A stretch of DNA of 248,000 bases from Andalucia godoyi And28 (taxonomy: Eukaryota > Protista > Jakobida), in the NCBI GenBank assembly GCA_009859145.1, contig VRVR01000022.1, forward strand, positions 20,001 to 268,000, in the 5' to 3' direction. Both the position numbers and the translations under genes were made by a program. How positions within the stretch are numbered: the stretch's first letter is position 1; every line of letters starts with the position of its first letter. Shown piece by piece: positions 115,306 through 127,250 of the stretch. The notes below the pieces were generated by a model that did no database searches, was not told where the DNA came from, and was given only the letters and a program-made list of their open reading frames with translations.

Positions 115306-116157
115306 ATGTCGGGCAGCTCGGATTCGGAGCAGCATGTCATTTCTCACGAGGAGCTGGAAAGAATTCATGAGAAGAGTAAGAGAAAGGGAGTAGTATACGT
115401 TTCTCGCGTTCCTCCGAACATGAAGCACACGAAATTGCGCAAGATTTTATCCGAGTTTGGATCTGTGGAGAGAATTTACCTGCGTGCTGAAGACGATGCT
115501 GCGCGAAACAGAAGGAAAGCAGCGAACGGATCCGCGCAGAAACAGTTTGTGGATGGCTGGGTTGAGTTTGCAGACAAGAGGATTGCGCGTCGTGTTGCGG
115601 AGTGTTTGAACGGCACCCCGATGGACCCTTCCAAACGCGGATTCTACCACGATGACATTTGGATGTTAAAATACTTGAAGGGAACAAAGTGGTCGGAGAT
115701 TCAAGACGAGATATCAGAAGAAGCGCATGTCAGAGAACAGCGAGTGCGGGCCGAGGTGCAGACTGCAAAGAAGGAGGTCAGTGCATATATGAGCATGGTG
115801 GACAAGAAGAAGAAGCTTGATCATGTTATGAAACGAAAGGAGGGCAAGCCTGAGTCCATCCACTTGAAGGAGAACAAATTCAGACAGCGACAGGACTTCT
115901 CGCAGACACGATTGCACGTGCTGGATGCTGACGAAGTTCGACAGACTCTGCGGAGCGACGAAGGGGCTTCCACCAGCCATAGTGTGGGCGCGAACCTGGT
116001 ACGCAGATTAGTGGGGAAGTTTACTGGGAAGAGAGCTTTGGATGGCGCTGGAACGTCTTCTGATGGGAAGGCCGTTCATGCGGATACGAACGAACAGACA
116101 GAACGGCATGCAAAGAAATCAAAGAGCGGTGAAAGCGGAATTCGATTGTTTGCGTAG
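115306..116157 (+). CDS. ESF2: Pre-rRNA processing factor ESF2/ABT1
   Basis: GVVYVSRVPP, GWVEF.DKR.A, DDIWMLKYL. Confidence 0.9.
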   Translation: MSGSSDSEQHVISHEELERIHEKSKRKGVVYVSRVPPNMKHTKLRKILSEFGSVERIYLRAEDDAARNRRKAANGSAQKQFVDGWVEFADKRIARRVAECLNGTPMDPSKRGFYHDDIWMLKYLKGTKWSEIQDEISEEAHVREQRVRAEVQTAKKEVSAYMSMVDKKKKLDHVMKRKEGKPESIHLKENKFRQRQDFSQTRLHVLDADEVRQTLRSDEGASTSHSVGANLVRRLVGKFTGKRALDGAGTSSDGKAVHADTNEQTERHAKKSKSGESGIRLFA

Positions 116158-116271
116158 CTTGTGCGGTCGTTTAGCAATCTGTAAATACGGTATGTTGTCG
116201 TATCTATGCGTGTGCTGTACAACGTCAATTTGCAATACATAACAGGAAAATGACCGAACGAGGCGACGGAG

Positions 116272-119200
116272 TTAGGAATCTTGTTCGTTGTCGTCGTCGT
116301 CTTCAAGTTCAGCATCTTCCTCAAAACCGGAGACATGCGATTGAGCGGTGTCAGGACGAACAAAGTGCGAATGTGCTTGCAGTGAAACAATGGACTCATT
116401 CATTCGCGAGGCACTTCCAGGGCGCTTGTCCGGTGATGAATTTTCGACAATCGGCAGGTTCTGGCTGTTCTGCCACCAGGAATCATCACGAAGTTGCGCA
116501 TCCGAATTCCACTGACGTCTACCGCCATTACCGCGATTGCTTTCTTCCCGAGAGTCTGTGCGGCTCTGCGAGGATTCCGAAGTCGATCGGGTAGGAAGGA
116601 GTGGTGTAGCGGCTCGTTGAGGGGTTGGGGGACGATTGCCACCTGTACCGGAAGAAGGCCGTGAAGAGCTGCGAACAGGGGCCCGAGAGGACGAAGCAGA
116701 TCTCGCCGACACCGTCCGACTCGAACTCGACGGCGGCCTGGACGCCGACGACGGAGACGCGGAACCATCAATGCGAGCCTCAAACCGCTCCAGCTGCTTC
116801 ATTCGAGCATCGTTCTTGTCGGCGTACGATGCGGCAGTTGGCGTCACTGCATTCTGACGCCGTTTCACCATCACTGGAGCGGATGGAATCGGACTGGCGA
116901 CTGCTTCAGCACGACGCTTCGGAGCCTGTTTCGAATTCAGAGGAGAATTATCTCCAGCAGTCGGATAAATAAATGCGGAAGATGAGCTCATCGACTGCAT
117001 CAACATGGACACGTTCGCGTTTTCGTCTCTTCGCCGACGGACCTGCGGCTCGGGCGAAGGAGAATAGACAGAGTCGTCCCCGTCAAGGTCCTCATACTCT
117101 TCATTATCAAAGCGGGATGGCGATCTTGAAGGGAATGGATTATCTTCAAACAGCAAATCAGGAGCAGAGGGTACAAGAGGAGAGATGGGTTCCGGCACCG
117201 GATCAGGTCTGTGCACTCTCGACGAGTGCGCAGAGTCCAAAGAATATGGATCACGGCGAGTTGCAGATCGCTGAGGCTGACGTGGAGGCCGGTTGGAGGA
117301 CGGAAGTGCGATATTCGGAACCATCGGTATTGGCTGATGCTGGTGCTGCTGTTGCTGCGGAGCCGATCTCATTTCTGTGATCACCCGTTCCTGCTCGTGC
117401 AGCCTCTTCTGCAACTCCTCCTTTTCCTGGCGCAACTCCTCGCGAATCTTTTCGAATTGCTGCATGTACTGCTGCATCATAAATGCCTGCATTTCCATTC
117501 CACCGCCCATGCCCATACCATGCATGCCCATTCCCATGCCCACGCCCATTCCGACACCCATACCTGGCATAGCTTGCATTCCTGCACCCATGGGATTCGG
117601 GGCGACAACGCCTCCGAATTGCCCAGGCATCATACCGGGCATATTCACGCCAGAAGAAGGCCCCAAGTCATGTATCCCCAGCATCGGTACCGTTGGAATG
117701 GAAGGATTCATCATCATCGGCTGACTCAACTGCGAGAGATTGTTAGTCCCAAACTGTGGAGCACCACCGAACGACGGAGACGGAGCGTGACTGGAAGAAT
117801 ACGCAAACGGAACAACTTCTGCAACAGGGCGGGAAGCGTTCGAAACCTGTCCAGGAAAATCGCCAGCATCTCCAAAAACGCCAGTGCTGCGCGGATTTCC
117901 AAACAGAGAGTCTCCTTCATTTTCCGGTGCTGGGGAAAGATGCGCACCAGCCGGCTTTTGCGGCTTGTTGTCCCAGCTCGCAGTATCTACCGGCTTTTCC
118001 AAGTCTGCATTCTTTCGCTTTCCTTTATCTGAAGGATCGGAAAGCTGGTGCCTATGGTGATGGATTCGCGCATTGTTGTATTCATCCTGCCTCCTGAGTC
118101 TTTCTTCCTCCTTCTTTAGCTCCTCGACTCTCTTCTTTTCTCGCTCCTCTTGCTCCCTTTTCTTTTCCATCTCTTCCTCCTTTCGAGCTCTGTCCTCTGC
118201 TCGACGTTCTTCTTCGAGGATTTTCCGTTTCTCTTCCTCCTCCCGTTTCTTCTTCTGCTCTATCTGTTGGCGAAGCTGCTCCTGCAATGCGATCTGTTGT
118301 TGCTTCTTTTGCCGCTTGGTGTCTTCTTCGGACAGAGTTTCATCATTGACATGCCTCTTTTGAACGGGAGAGGATGCTGTTGGGCTGGAGGACACATCAC
118401 CATATGCGTTGGAACCAGGGGCAACTGCTCGCGGAGCATACTCAGCGTCCTTGGTATATATTCCTCTGTCGTTCGTGGCATCGTGCGCATAAACGCCAGG
118501 CTGTGCTGCGGCATTACCATGATAGTCATCGTCTCCACCAAATGGTGCTCCACCGTGACCGCCCCTTGGAGGTGGGAAATCAGCATGAGAGTGAGATGAA
118601 AAGGGCAATTCCATTGCGGGTCCGAACAAATGCGAAGCGCCAGATTGGGGAGACGCACCAGGGCCTTGCGAATGCCTTGCAGCACCGGGAGGAGGCAGCG
118701 GAGGCTGACCTCGCGCATCCAACTTTAACTGCATTTGCTGCTGCAGTTCTCTGGCATACTCCTCCTGCTTCTTCTTTTTCTCCATGTGGATCCTTTCAGA
118801 ATCAAATACATGACCACCCTGATTCGCTTGCATCGCAGCAAACGTACTCTTCGCATCATCCCTGTTTGAAATTTGGCTCTTGAGATCGCCCGCATATTCT
118901 TCTTGCCTTCGTCGTTTATCTGCCACCGAGCTCCCGGAATCAAACCCAGCCATCCCTCCTTGACCAGGAACGGCGTCCGCATATGCGGATTTTGGATCGC
119001 GTGTGCCATGTGACATTTGTTGTCGCAGATCTTCTGCATATTGTTCCTGTTTGCGTCGCTTTTCAGCTGCCATCTTATCAGAATCAAAAGCAAGACCAGA
119101 TTGGTTCGCGAGAGACGCTACATAGGCATCCTTGCGATCCGATGAACCATAGTTCATCTGCTTCTTCAACTCCTCCGCGTATTCCTGTTGCTTCTTTCTC

Positions 119201-120861
119201 TTTTCCAGGGCTAAGCGCTCAGAGTCAAACATGAATCCTCCTCCTTGATTGGACTGTGCACTGGCGAATGCCGTCTTCCGATCATTCAGACCCGAGACCT
119301 GTGTTTGTTGTCTGAGTTCTTCCGCGTACTCCTGTTGTTTTCGTCTCTTTTCTGCGGCTTGCCTCTCAGAATCAAACACCATCCCTCCAGCATTGACCTG
119401 CTGGACCGCGAGCGTATCCCTTCCCCTTCCGATGTCACTTCCGCGAGCCGCCTGCCTTCGCAGATCCTCTGCATACTCCTCTTGCTTCTTTCTCTTCTCG
119501 AGCGCCAACCGTTCCGAATCGAACAGCAACCCGCCTTGGCTGGCCTGTGCAACGGCGAAGTCGGTTTTCCTGTCCCGCGATGGAGAAGCAGCAACTTGTT
119601 GCCGAAGTTCCTGCGCATACTCCATCTGCCTCCTGCGCTTATCAGAAACGTTCTTTTCAGAGTCGAACAGGAATCCATTGCTCGAATTGTTATTTGTCGG
119701 AGCATCAGAGAGGGATTCTCTCTTCTGCATGGCCACACTGTCATCTCGCTGCCATTGTCGTACCTCGACATGCGACTCGAATGCCGCCGCAGATGATGGT
119801 ACAGAAGGGGTTCGTCCAATGGAATTTCTCCTGCCAGACGGGTGCGGGGGAAGCGCAGACGCAGCGGATGCAGCAGCTGAGAGATAGGAGGGTTCCGAAG
119901 CTGTAAAAGGATTCGAGGTAACTGGTGCAATTGCGGGGCCCGGGCCAAACGGATCTCCAAAAATGCGTTCAGATGGAGCAGACAAGACAGGGGCTGGTCC
120001 CGATAGACTTGTCGCATATTGCTGCTGCTCCCCTTGGCGCTTTTGTCGTTTCAACTCGTAGATTCGTTCACGAAGCGACTGTGCTTCTTGTTCCTTTTCT
120101 GCGTTGGTCATAGCAGATATTGGAGCAGACGGAATTCCACTGCGAGGACGCAACTGTGACTGGGATTGGGAGTGTGACGTGTACTGGCCCGCAGTTGGAT
120201 CGCTGTACTGTTGGCCATGGTCTTGACCATGGCCGAGACCGTGATGCTGCTGGTTGGATGCAGAAAAGGGAGAAGCGGGCCTAGCATGCGAACCTGTGGG
120301 GCTGGGAGCAGCAAGCGCAGCAGATGGAGGAGCATCTGTACGAAGCCGTTCTCTTTCCTGCCTGCGCAATCGCAGACGTCGCTCTCGATCCGACTCAAAA
120401 GGATTATACGCTTTCGAGTCACCCCCGCCATACGGAGCTTGACCCTGAGGCGCAGCGGGTGCTCCAAACAAATCTGCGTTTTTAGACGGAGGGCCAGAAT
120501 CAAAGGGGTTCGACGATGGTTTCGTGGGTGGATTCCATGGCAAGTTATGACTAGGATTCGAGCTGTTCGCGTTGAGCGAGAACGGGCCAGCAGCACCATC
120601 CTGTTGATGATGATATTGATAGCTATTATTGGACACTCCAAACTCTTTTTCTTTCATTTCAATGAACCTTTCAAGCTCGTCTTCATGACCATCATTCCCG
120701 CCCAGTCCGTACGCGCGATAGTGCTGGAGAGTCTCCATTCGATCTCTCATTTTCTCAGCCAACTTTGCTCGTTTTTGTTCCTCGGCCTGCTTTTCAAGCT
120801 GCGCTCGAAACTCACTCTGCGTTTCTACTAAATTTCGCATCGGCCTGTTTCGACCTGCCAT
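116272..120861 (-). CDS. Large CSPP1/CCDC66-like centrosomal protein with internal repeats
   Basis: Seven FDSE..EKR.KQ.EYA.EL.QQ units; LQEQLRQQIEQKKKREEEE. Confidence 0.65.
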   Translation of the reverse strand: MAGRNRPMRNLVETQSEFRAQLEKQAEEQKRAKLAEKMRDRMETLQHYRAYGLGGNDGHEDELERFIEMKEKEFGVSNNSYQYHHQQDGAAGPFSLNANSSNPSHNLPWNPPTKPSSNPFDSGPPSKNADLFGAPAAPQGQAPYGGGDSKAYNPFESDRERRLRLRRQERERLRTDAPPSAALAAPSPTGSHARPASPFSASNQQHHGLGHGQDHGQQYSDPTAGQYTSHSQSQSQLRPRSGIPSAPISAMTNAEKEQEAQSLRERIYELKRQKRQGEQQQYATSLSGPAPVLSAPSERIFGDPFGPGPAIAPVTSNPFTASEPSYLSAAASAASALPPHPSGRRNSIGRTPSVPSSAAAFESHVEVRQWQRDDSVAMQKRESLSDAPTNNNSSNGFLFDSEKNVSDKRRRQMEYAQELRQQVAASPSRDRKTDFAVAQASQGGLLFDSERLALEKRKKQEEYAEDLRRQAARGSDIGRGRDTLAVQQVNAGGMVFDSERQAAEKRRKQQEYAEELRQQTQVSGLNDRKTAFASAQSNQGGGFMFDSERLALEKRKKQQEYAEELKKQMNYGSSDRKDAYVASLANQSGLAFDSDKMAAEKRRKQEQYAEDLRQQMSHGTRDPKSAYADAVPGQGGMAGFDSGSSVADKRRRQEEYAGDLKSQISNRDDAKSTFAAMQANQGGHVFDSERIHMEKKKKQEEYARELQQQMQLKLDARGQPPLPPPGAARHSQGPGASPQSGASHLFGPAMELPFSSHSHADFPPPRGGHGGAPFGGDDDYHGNAAAQPGVYAHDATNDRGIYTKDAEYAPRAVAPGSNAYGDVSSSPTASSPVQKRHVNDETLSEEDTKRQKKQQQIALQEQLRQQIEQKKKREEEEKRKILEEERRAEDRARKEEEMEKKREQEEREKKRVEELKKEEERLRRQDEYNNARIHHHRHQLSDPSDKGKRKNADLEKPVDTASWDNKPQKPAGAHLSPAPENEGDSLFGNPRSTGVFGDAGDFPGQVSNASRPVAEVVPFAYSSSHAPSPSFGGAPQFGTNNLSQLSQPMMMNPSIPTVPMLGIHDLGPSSGVNMPGMMPGQFGGVVAPNPMGAGMQAMPGMGVGMGVGMGMGMHGMGMGGGMEMQAFMMQQYMQQFEKIREELRQEKEELQKRLHEQERVITEMRSAPQQQQHQHQPIPMVPNIALPSSNRPPRQPQRSATRRDPYSLDSAHSSRVHRPDPVPEPISPLVPSAPDLLFEDNPFPSRSPSRFDNEEYEDLDGDDSVYSPSPEPQVRRRRDENANVSMLMQSMSSSSAFIYPTAGDNSPLNSKQAPKRRAEAVASPIPSAPVMVKRRQNAVTPTAASYADKNDARMKQLERFEARIDGSASPSSASRPPSSSSRTVSARSASSSRAPVRSSSRPSSGTGGNRPPTPQRAATPLLPTRSTSESSQSRTDSREESNRGNGGRRQWNSDAQLRDDSWWQNSQNLPIVENSSPDKRPGSASRMNESIVSLQAHSHFVRPDTAQSHVSGFEEDAELEDDDDNEQDS

Positions 120862-121482
120862 GAGTCACAAACCACACGCGTACGCACACACACACACACA
120901 CACACACAATATACACAATACACGAAACAAGCAAAGCGATTAACGTTGCAAAAAATAAATATTAAATAAATATAATAAAATAAAAAAGACTTCGTTAAAA
121001 ACCGGGATTCTGCTTTTCAATTGGGAGGGAAAACCTGCAAAGGAGGGAAATCTTTTTTACAGCAGCCCCGAGCAGTATTTTCTGCCCATTCTGCTGGACT
121101 CGCGACAAAGTCGGCAGCCATAGGCACGGCGGCAGTTCTGCAACATGGTTGCTTGCTCACTGGGTACTTCAATCGCAGCAAGAACAACGAGAAAGCCCCC
121201 AGTTTTCCACACTCGAGCGCTTCGTGGTTTAGACCGATAGTCTTCGAAGAGTGTTGAAGAAGTTCTCGGCAGTTCTACAGTGTTTTTTTGTGTTCCTGAA
121301 CGTCAAGTTTGTAAATTTTTGTGTCGCTATCTTTTCTTCCCCGTATAGCAACCACTGTCTGGCGTCTGTCTCTCGGTTTTCCTCTTCTCAGCGTCTTTTC
121401 TGCTGGTTAATCCAAGAACAAAGGAGCAAAAGACACATCGATCGATAGAGAAGAAGCAGAAGAAACAGAAGAACAAGGAGAC

Positions 121483-121773
121483 ATGATGGGCCCCAAAGTG
121501 ATTCATGACCGACAGGCGCACCGCTTTCTGATGAAGTTTGATGACAATTCAGAAGGCTATTTGGAGTATAACACGGAGGGGGAAAACTGCTATGTGCTTC
121601 AGTACATTGAAATTCCAGAGAAGTTCCGTGCTCAGGGCCTCGCAGACCAGCTTACCAAGGCTGCATTCGACGAGCTGTCAGCTTCCGGTTGTCAAATCTC
121701 CGTCAAGGATCAGTACATCCAGAAGCACTTTTTGGACTTGCATCCCGAATACAAAAAGGTTTGCAGAGACTGA
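121483..121773 (+). CDS. NATD1/YjdJ-like GNAT-fold protein
   Basis: HRF, EIPEKFRAQGLA..L..AFD, CSY-like DQYI. Confidence 0.75.
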   Translation: MMGPKVIHDRQAHRFLMKFDDNSEGYLEYNTEGENCYVLQYIEIPEKFRAQGLADQLTKAAFDELSASGCQISVKDQYIQKHFLDLHPEYKKVCRD

Positions 121774-121781
121774 ACAAACAG

Positions 121782-121822
<41 letters not shown>

Positions 121823-122180
121823 GGAACGGAAAGGACCTCTCCCTTCCCGGCGCTTGTTGGAACAACTGGAAACAACAGCAAATTCATAAACCCCAGAGCA
121901 AAGGAGAGGATTCTCAACAGCTGTAGCAATAAAGAAAAAAAAAGAAAAGAAATCAACTGTAAAAGACAAACCCACAGATTGCCGTTGGCTCTTCTTTGCC
122001 ACCAATGTTTTCCTTTTCAAAAAATTTCGATTTATTAAAATGTTTTATTTCCATCACACGTGTTGAGTAAGACAGTTATACTTTTTCAAGCCAACGAGTC
122101 TTTCTTTGCTTGGTTTTGAGTGTTTAGGAGGAGAGACAGAGAGAGAAAGAGGGAAAAGAAAGGAAAGGAAAGAAAAGGAA

Positions 122181-123731
122181 ATGTCTGATTCCATTGATTC
122201 TCTTATTTCCAAGGCGGAAGCAGCGGTTCGCATTCAGAAGGTGTGGCGAGGATACTGGGTTCGTCGGGAGCGATCGTATCACCAAGACCGATCACGGCTT
122301 TCAGAGTATGCGCAGCACACGAGCCTGCAAGCGGAGGAAGCGGCGATCCGCATTCAATCCGCATTTCGCGGGACGAAGGACAGGGAGCGTTTGAGAAATG
122401 AGATGAACTCAAATGCAGTTCGGTCGCCTTCACAAAAGCTGCGCATTCCACAGAAGGATAGGAAGTCCGGAGTGTTTATGATTACGAAAGCAGACGGGAC
122501 GGTTGTGGGAGCCGTGGTTCGGATCCAGTCGTTCTTCCGAATGGTTCACGCAAAAGTCTACGTGAGAGAATTGAAGTTCTGGAAGATGCAAAACGATTCG
122601 GCCGTCAAGATTCAAAAGGTGTTTCGAGGAGCTTGCACCCGAAAGAAGGTGCAGTCGAGAAAGCAGAATTACTCGTCTGAGAAGCAAGCGGTGACTCGTC
122701 AGTCGTTGATTGAAAAGTTCAAGGTCCTTTCAGAGCGCAAGGAATTGTTGCAGAACACAAATCTTGCGCTGCATCGCAAACTTGCAGAGTACTTTGCGGC
122801 GAAAAAATCGGACTCGGCTGGGAGTGCAGAGATCACGTCGACGAACGCGGCGGTTTCGGGTGATCTCGAAGCTCGGTACATGAGGTATTTGAGCCAGTTT
122901 CGTGAATTGCACGGAGAACACGAGCGGTTGCAAGGAGAGTACTCGTCCCTTAGTGAGGATATGACTGCACGGCTGGAAGACCGAAAAGCAAAGTGCAGCG
123001 AGTTTCAGGACTCCTTTGTGGCGTTCCGGACAGAGATTTTCAAAGCAGCGGAAAACTCGCGGACTGGCAAGCCCTTGCCAAATTCAGTGATTCAAGGATT
123101 CGAGGAGTCGCTTGTACTGAAGGAGGACGAGGTTTCTCGATCGCGACTGAAGAACATCACATACCGTAATCGATTGCATTCTTTGGAATCCAGTCTGAAA
123201 CAAAAGGAAGAGCTTGCGGAGGGTCTGCATCTTATCGATTTCGAGCAGCTCAAGATTGAGAATCAAACACTGAATGAAAAGATCGAGGAGCGAAATGAAG
123301 AATTGTCGAAGCTGCAGAGGAAGACAACGACCACCGTCCATATTCTGACCCACGTCAAGGAGAAACTTACGTTTGTCCAGGGCGACAACCAAAAACTCAA
123401 GAGAGAACTCGCGGATTTGGAAGACCAAGTTACGCGAGTCCGGGATGTGTTGACGCGAGCCAAGCACGATCGAGATGAAGTCAAGGTCACGAACACCAAG
123501 CTTCGAGAGGCGATGCCGTTGGTCGGAAATGACAGTTTGTTGCTTGATTTCGAGTCGCGCAAGGAACGCGCTGCGGGGCTACGAACGCAGATCAACGGGC
123601 TGAAGGAGCAGTACGAACAAATCAAGATGGAGGCGACACTCACAACGCAGCAGTACCGAAACGCAGAACAGTCTCTGAGCAGGACGCAGCTGGCTCGCGC
123701 ATCAATGACAGGAGTTCCTTTTGTTCGATGA
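122181..123731 (+). CDS. CCDC96: IQ-motif plus CCDC96/CFAP184 (DUF4201) protein
   Basis: Four IQ motifs (IQKVWRG, IQSAFRG..); GLHLIDFEQLKIENQTLNEKIEERNEEL. Confidence 0.85.
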   Translation: MSDSIDSLISKAEAAVRIQKVWRGYWVRRERSYHQDRSRLSEYAQHTSLQAEEAAIRIQSAFRGTKDRERLRNEMNSNAVRSPSQKLRIPQKDRKSGVFMITKADGTVVGAVVRIQSFFRMVHAKVYVRELKFWKMQNDSAVKIQKVFRGACTRKKVQSRKQNYSSEKQAVTRQSLIEKFKVLSERKELLQNTNLALHRKLAEYFAAKKSDSAGSAEITSTNAAVSGDLEARYMRYLSQFRELHGEHERLQGEYSSLSEDMTARLEDRKAKCSEFQDSFVAFRTEIFKAAENSRTGKPLPNSVIQGFEESLVLKEDEVSRSRLKNITYRNRLHSLESSLKQKEELAEGLHLIDFEQLKIENQTLNEKIEERNEELSKLQRKTTTTVHILTHVKEKLTFVQGDNQKLKRELADLEDQVTRVRDVLTRAKHDRDEVKVTNTKLREAMPLVGNDSLLLDFESRKERAAGLRTQINGLKEQYEQIKMEATLTTQQYRNAEQSLSRTQLARASMTGVPFVR

Positions 123732-123876
123732 ATCCCTCTCTTGTATGTAAATATGGTTCCGCATTATTGGTTTTTTTTTAAAATTAAAATGCTTATAAAT
123801 AATGTTTTTATCATTTTCATTTTCATTTTTTGTTCTTGTTTTGGGGTCTGGTTCCTCATTTCATTGCTCGTTATAA

Positions 123877-124503
<627 letters not shown>

Positions 124504-124896
124504 AAACACCGTGTAGCGTGCTCAGTGCTGCTGTGACGTTGCTCGTGTGTTCAGAGAACTCACACGATGATTCGCCTGCTACGACACCAACAAGACCCGC
124601 GAAGATCGTTTTTGCGCAAAATTTCCCCTGCGACCAGGACCCTTTCGATATCCCTTCTCCCCACCATTTATTTCTTTTTCGCCGCTCATTCCCCAAAAGA
124701 CATCTTTCGTCATCAAACAACTCAACATTCGTCCAAGTTGTGCGGCCGGGGCCTGCGAAGTGCGGAGTGCAGACAGTTTTCCCCCCTTCAGTGTTCATAT
124801 TTTGCTGAAATTTGCAGCTATTGATTGTGTGCATCATTTTTTAATTCATTCCTTCTCTCGCGGTTTATTCGAAAGCCGTCCGAAAACCAGCAAAGA

Positions 124897-126570
124897 ATGA
124901 AGTCTCCCACATGTCCCTATTCCCATCCTGAAGAGTTCTGCCATCATCTTCCTTACCGAGTGACGCTTCCTATCATAGCAGCTGTTTTCTTGCTGGCACC
125001 GCTATGCTGTGGTTTGTGGCTTCAGATCCCGCTCGCAATGCCTCCTTCCTCCGACAAGATCAACTTCCCCATATTTCTACTCTTTCTTGGCCTGTACTGG
125101 TTCCAAGCATTCGGAGTCTCGCATTACCACATGGGTTCGCGCGTTCTGCTGTTTCCATTTCGTCTCCAATTTGCCTTCTTCTTTGCTGCTTCTTGTTTCG
125201 GAATCTGCTTCATAGCGGGCTTTCAGCCGTGGCTCGCGCAGTACTACACCGTCATTCTCAGTCTGATCTCGGACTTTATCTTTGTAATGGTCGCCCCCAT
125301 CATTGGTCTTCATGCATACTACCGCACCAAACACCCGGAGACATATCGTGCGTTTGGGATCCATCCAGAGCGTATTCGCGACATCCTTCATTTCGAAGGG
125401 GACTCCCCGTTGGCAACCAGCAGTGATAGTTTGAAACAGTCGCTTCTTTCATTTGACTCTTCGTCCTTCGATAACACCAGCGAGTCGTCCCCGGCGTCAT
125501 CGCCGCTGAAGAGTCCAAAGGGGTTCGCGTCGATCGGACAGGGTGTCACTGCGCCTTCGAAGCGCCGATACTTTCGCACGTTGGCACAGTCGGTTCCGTG
125601 GATTCCCGAAAGCATAGAGGAACTAAAAAAGACGTTTGCGACTGCGTGCAGTGTATACTACCTGGGGGTGCTCATGTATGGGTTCTGCTACATATTTTCG
125701 TACGTCTTTCGAGAATACTTGTTTGACTCGCAACAAGGAAATGTCTACTACGCCATTCTGTTCTCGTTTGGATTTTCGATTTCGTTTATGCCTGTCCGTG
125801 CATTCATGTCGAGACGAATTCGCACCAGTGCACGGCTGCAGGCACAAGAATACATTCTGAAACACGGTGCGGATGAGGAGGATGCACCGACGCACACGAC
125901 GACCACGGCGACAGTGAACCGTGAAGCTGCATTTCGAAGAATGCGAGCGGTGGCAATGGGCTTTGAAGCCACTTCAATCTTCTATCTGGAGCTCTTGTTC
126001 TTTGTGTTCTTCAGAAACCTGTTCAGCGCTGTTCATACCTATGCAGTGTTCTTCGCCTTGGAAATATCAAAGTACCTGTTTGAGGACATACTGCGATTTA
126101 TTCTCCCTCTTTCGCGGAAGTGGTTTGACATTCGGCGGCATCCAAAGCTGAGCAAAACGTTTCCGCTGTCGCTGCTGCGGTACACCTGTGCCGATTCCTA
126201 TGAGCTTGAAGTCTACAACACCTCTTTTGGATACGGCATCCACCTGATGGCAAATGCCGCATCCGGGTTATGCTACCTGGTGATGGCATTGCTGCTGCGC
126301 TACAATCACAATTCGCAGTTCTTCCATTACCGAGATATGACAAATGGCGAATTCCAACTACTGATCTCGCTCTATGGATACTCGTATGCGTTGCTCTTTG
126401 TGAATTTTGTCTTTCTGGCCGCATATCTTCGTCGCAAGCACGGACTGGATCTCATTTCCATATCGTGTACGCCGTTCGTCCGAAACCGAGTCTCGCTTGT
126501 CGCTCTGTTCCTTATCGCCCCGCACGTGATGCAAGATGTTTACTTGGCATTGCTGCAGTATAATGAATAA
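124897..126570 (+). CDS. Multi-pass membrane protein
   Basis: About 10 hydrophobic segments with a central polar loop. Confidence 0.7.
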   Translation: MKSPTCPYSHPEEFCHHLPYRVTLPIIAAVFLLAPLCCGLWLQIPLAMPPSSDKINFPIFLLFLGLYWFQAFGVSHYHMGSRVLLFPFRLQFAFFFAASCFGICFIAGFQPWLAQYYTVILSLISDFIFVMVAPIIGLHAYYRTKHPETYRAFGIHPERIRDILHFEGDSPLATSSDSLKQSLLSFDSSSFDNTSESSPASSPLKSPKGFASIGQGVTAPSKRRYFRTLAQSVPWIPESIEELKKTFATACSVYYLGVLMYGFCYIFSYVFREYLFDSQQGNVYYAILFSFGFSISFMPVRAFMSRRIRTSARLQAQEYILKHGADEEDAPTHTTTTATVNREAAFRRMRAVAMGFEATSIFYLELLFFVFFRNLFSAVHTYAVFFALEISKYLFEDILRFILPLSRKWFDIRRHPKLSKTFPLSLLRYTCADSYELEVYNTSFGYGIHLMANAASGLCYLVMALLLRYNHNSQFFHYRDMTNGEFQLLISLYGYSYALLFVNFVFLAAYLRRKHGLDLISISCTPFVRNRVSLVALFLIAPHVMQDVYLALLQYNE

Positions 126571-126644
126571 ATCGCAAGATCGGTTTTGGATGATTAAAAA
126601 TGAAGACAGGTTGATTCGATTAATTAAAAAAAAAATATGAAGAC

Positions 126645-126729
126645 TCTCCAGAGAGTGAATCGAACACCCGACCCTATGATTTCTATAGCCCTCTACAGTC
126701 ACATGCTCTACCAACTGAGCTATCCGGAG
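126645..126729 (-). tRNA. tRNA-Tyr(GTA) with canonical short intron, copy 1
   Basis: CTCCGGA..GCTCAGTTGGTAGAGC..CTGTAG[intron]..GTTCGATTC..TCTGGAGA. Confidence 0.92.
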
Positions 126730-126860
126730 AACTCTGATCGCGCCTCATCCTCACAAGCTTTGTGGTACTTGCAAGTATCCAGCATGGAGGAGGATGGAGT
126801 AACATCACTTGATGCTAACACCGTGTTCCTTTGGAAATGGGGAAAAAAAATTTGAACAAA

Positions 126861-126945
126861 TCTCCAGAGAGTGAATCGAACACCCGACCCTATGATTTCT
126901 ATAGTCCTCTACAGTCACATGCTCTACCAACTGAGCTATCCGGAG
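126861..126945 (-). tRNA. tRNA-Tyr(GTA) with intron, copy 2
   Basis: Same as copy 1 apart from one intron base. Confidence 0.92.
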
Positions 126946-127250
126946 TGCTCAGAGTTGCACTGCTGTCTTTTTCCTTGTCATCATTATCTGCCTCGATCGA
127001 GACCGCTCCTCCTTTCTTCCCGTTCTTTCAACAGTGAGCGTTTTCGCTTTCCCTCCAAAAAGACGCAACGTTTTCGATATTTCACTTCTTTTCCACTTCC
127101 TTCTGCATTCTTCTTTATCGTTCTTTTCCCAACCGTTTGTGTGCGTGCGTGCGTGCGTGTTGTTTTACTTTTCAAGTTTTTTTGTTGTTTCGAATTTAGA
127201 AAAGGGGTTCTATTTCTTTTTTTCTCCCCCACCCCGTTTGTTTATGAAAC

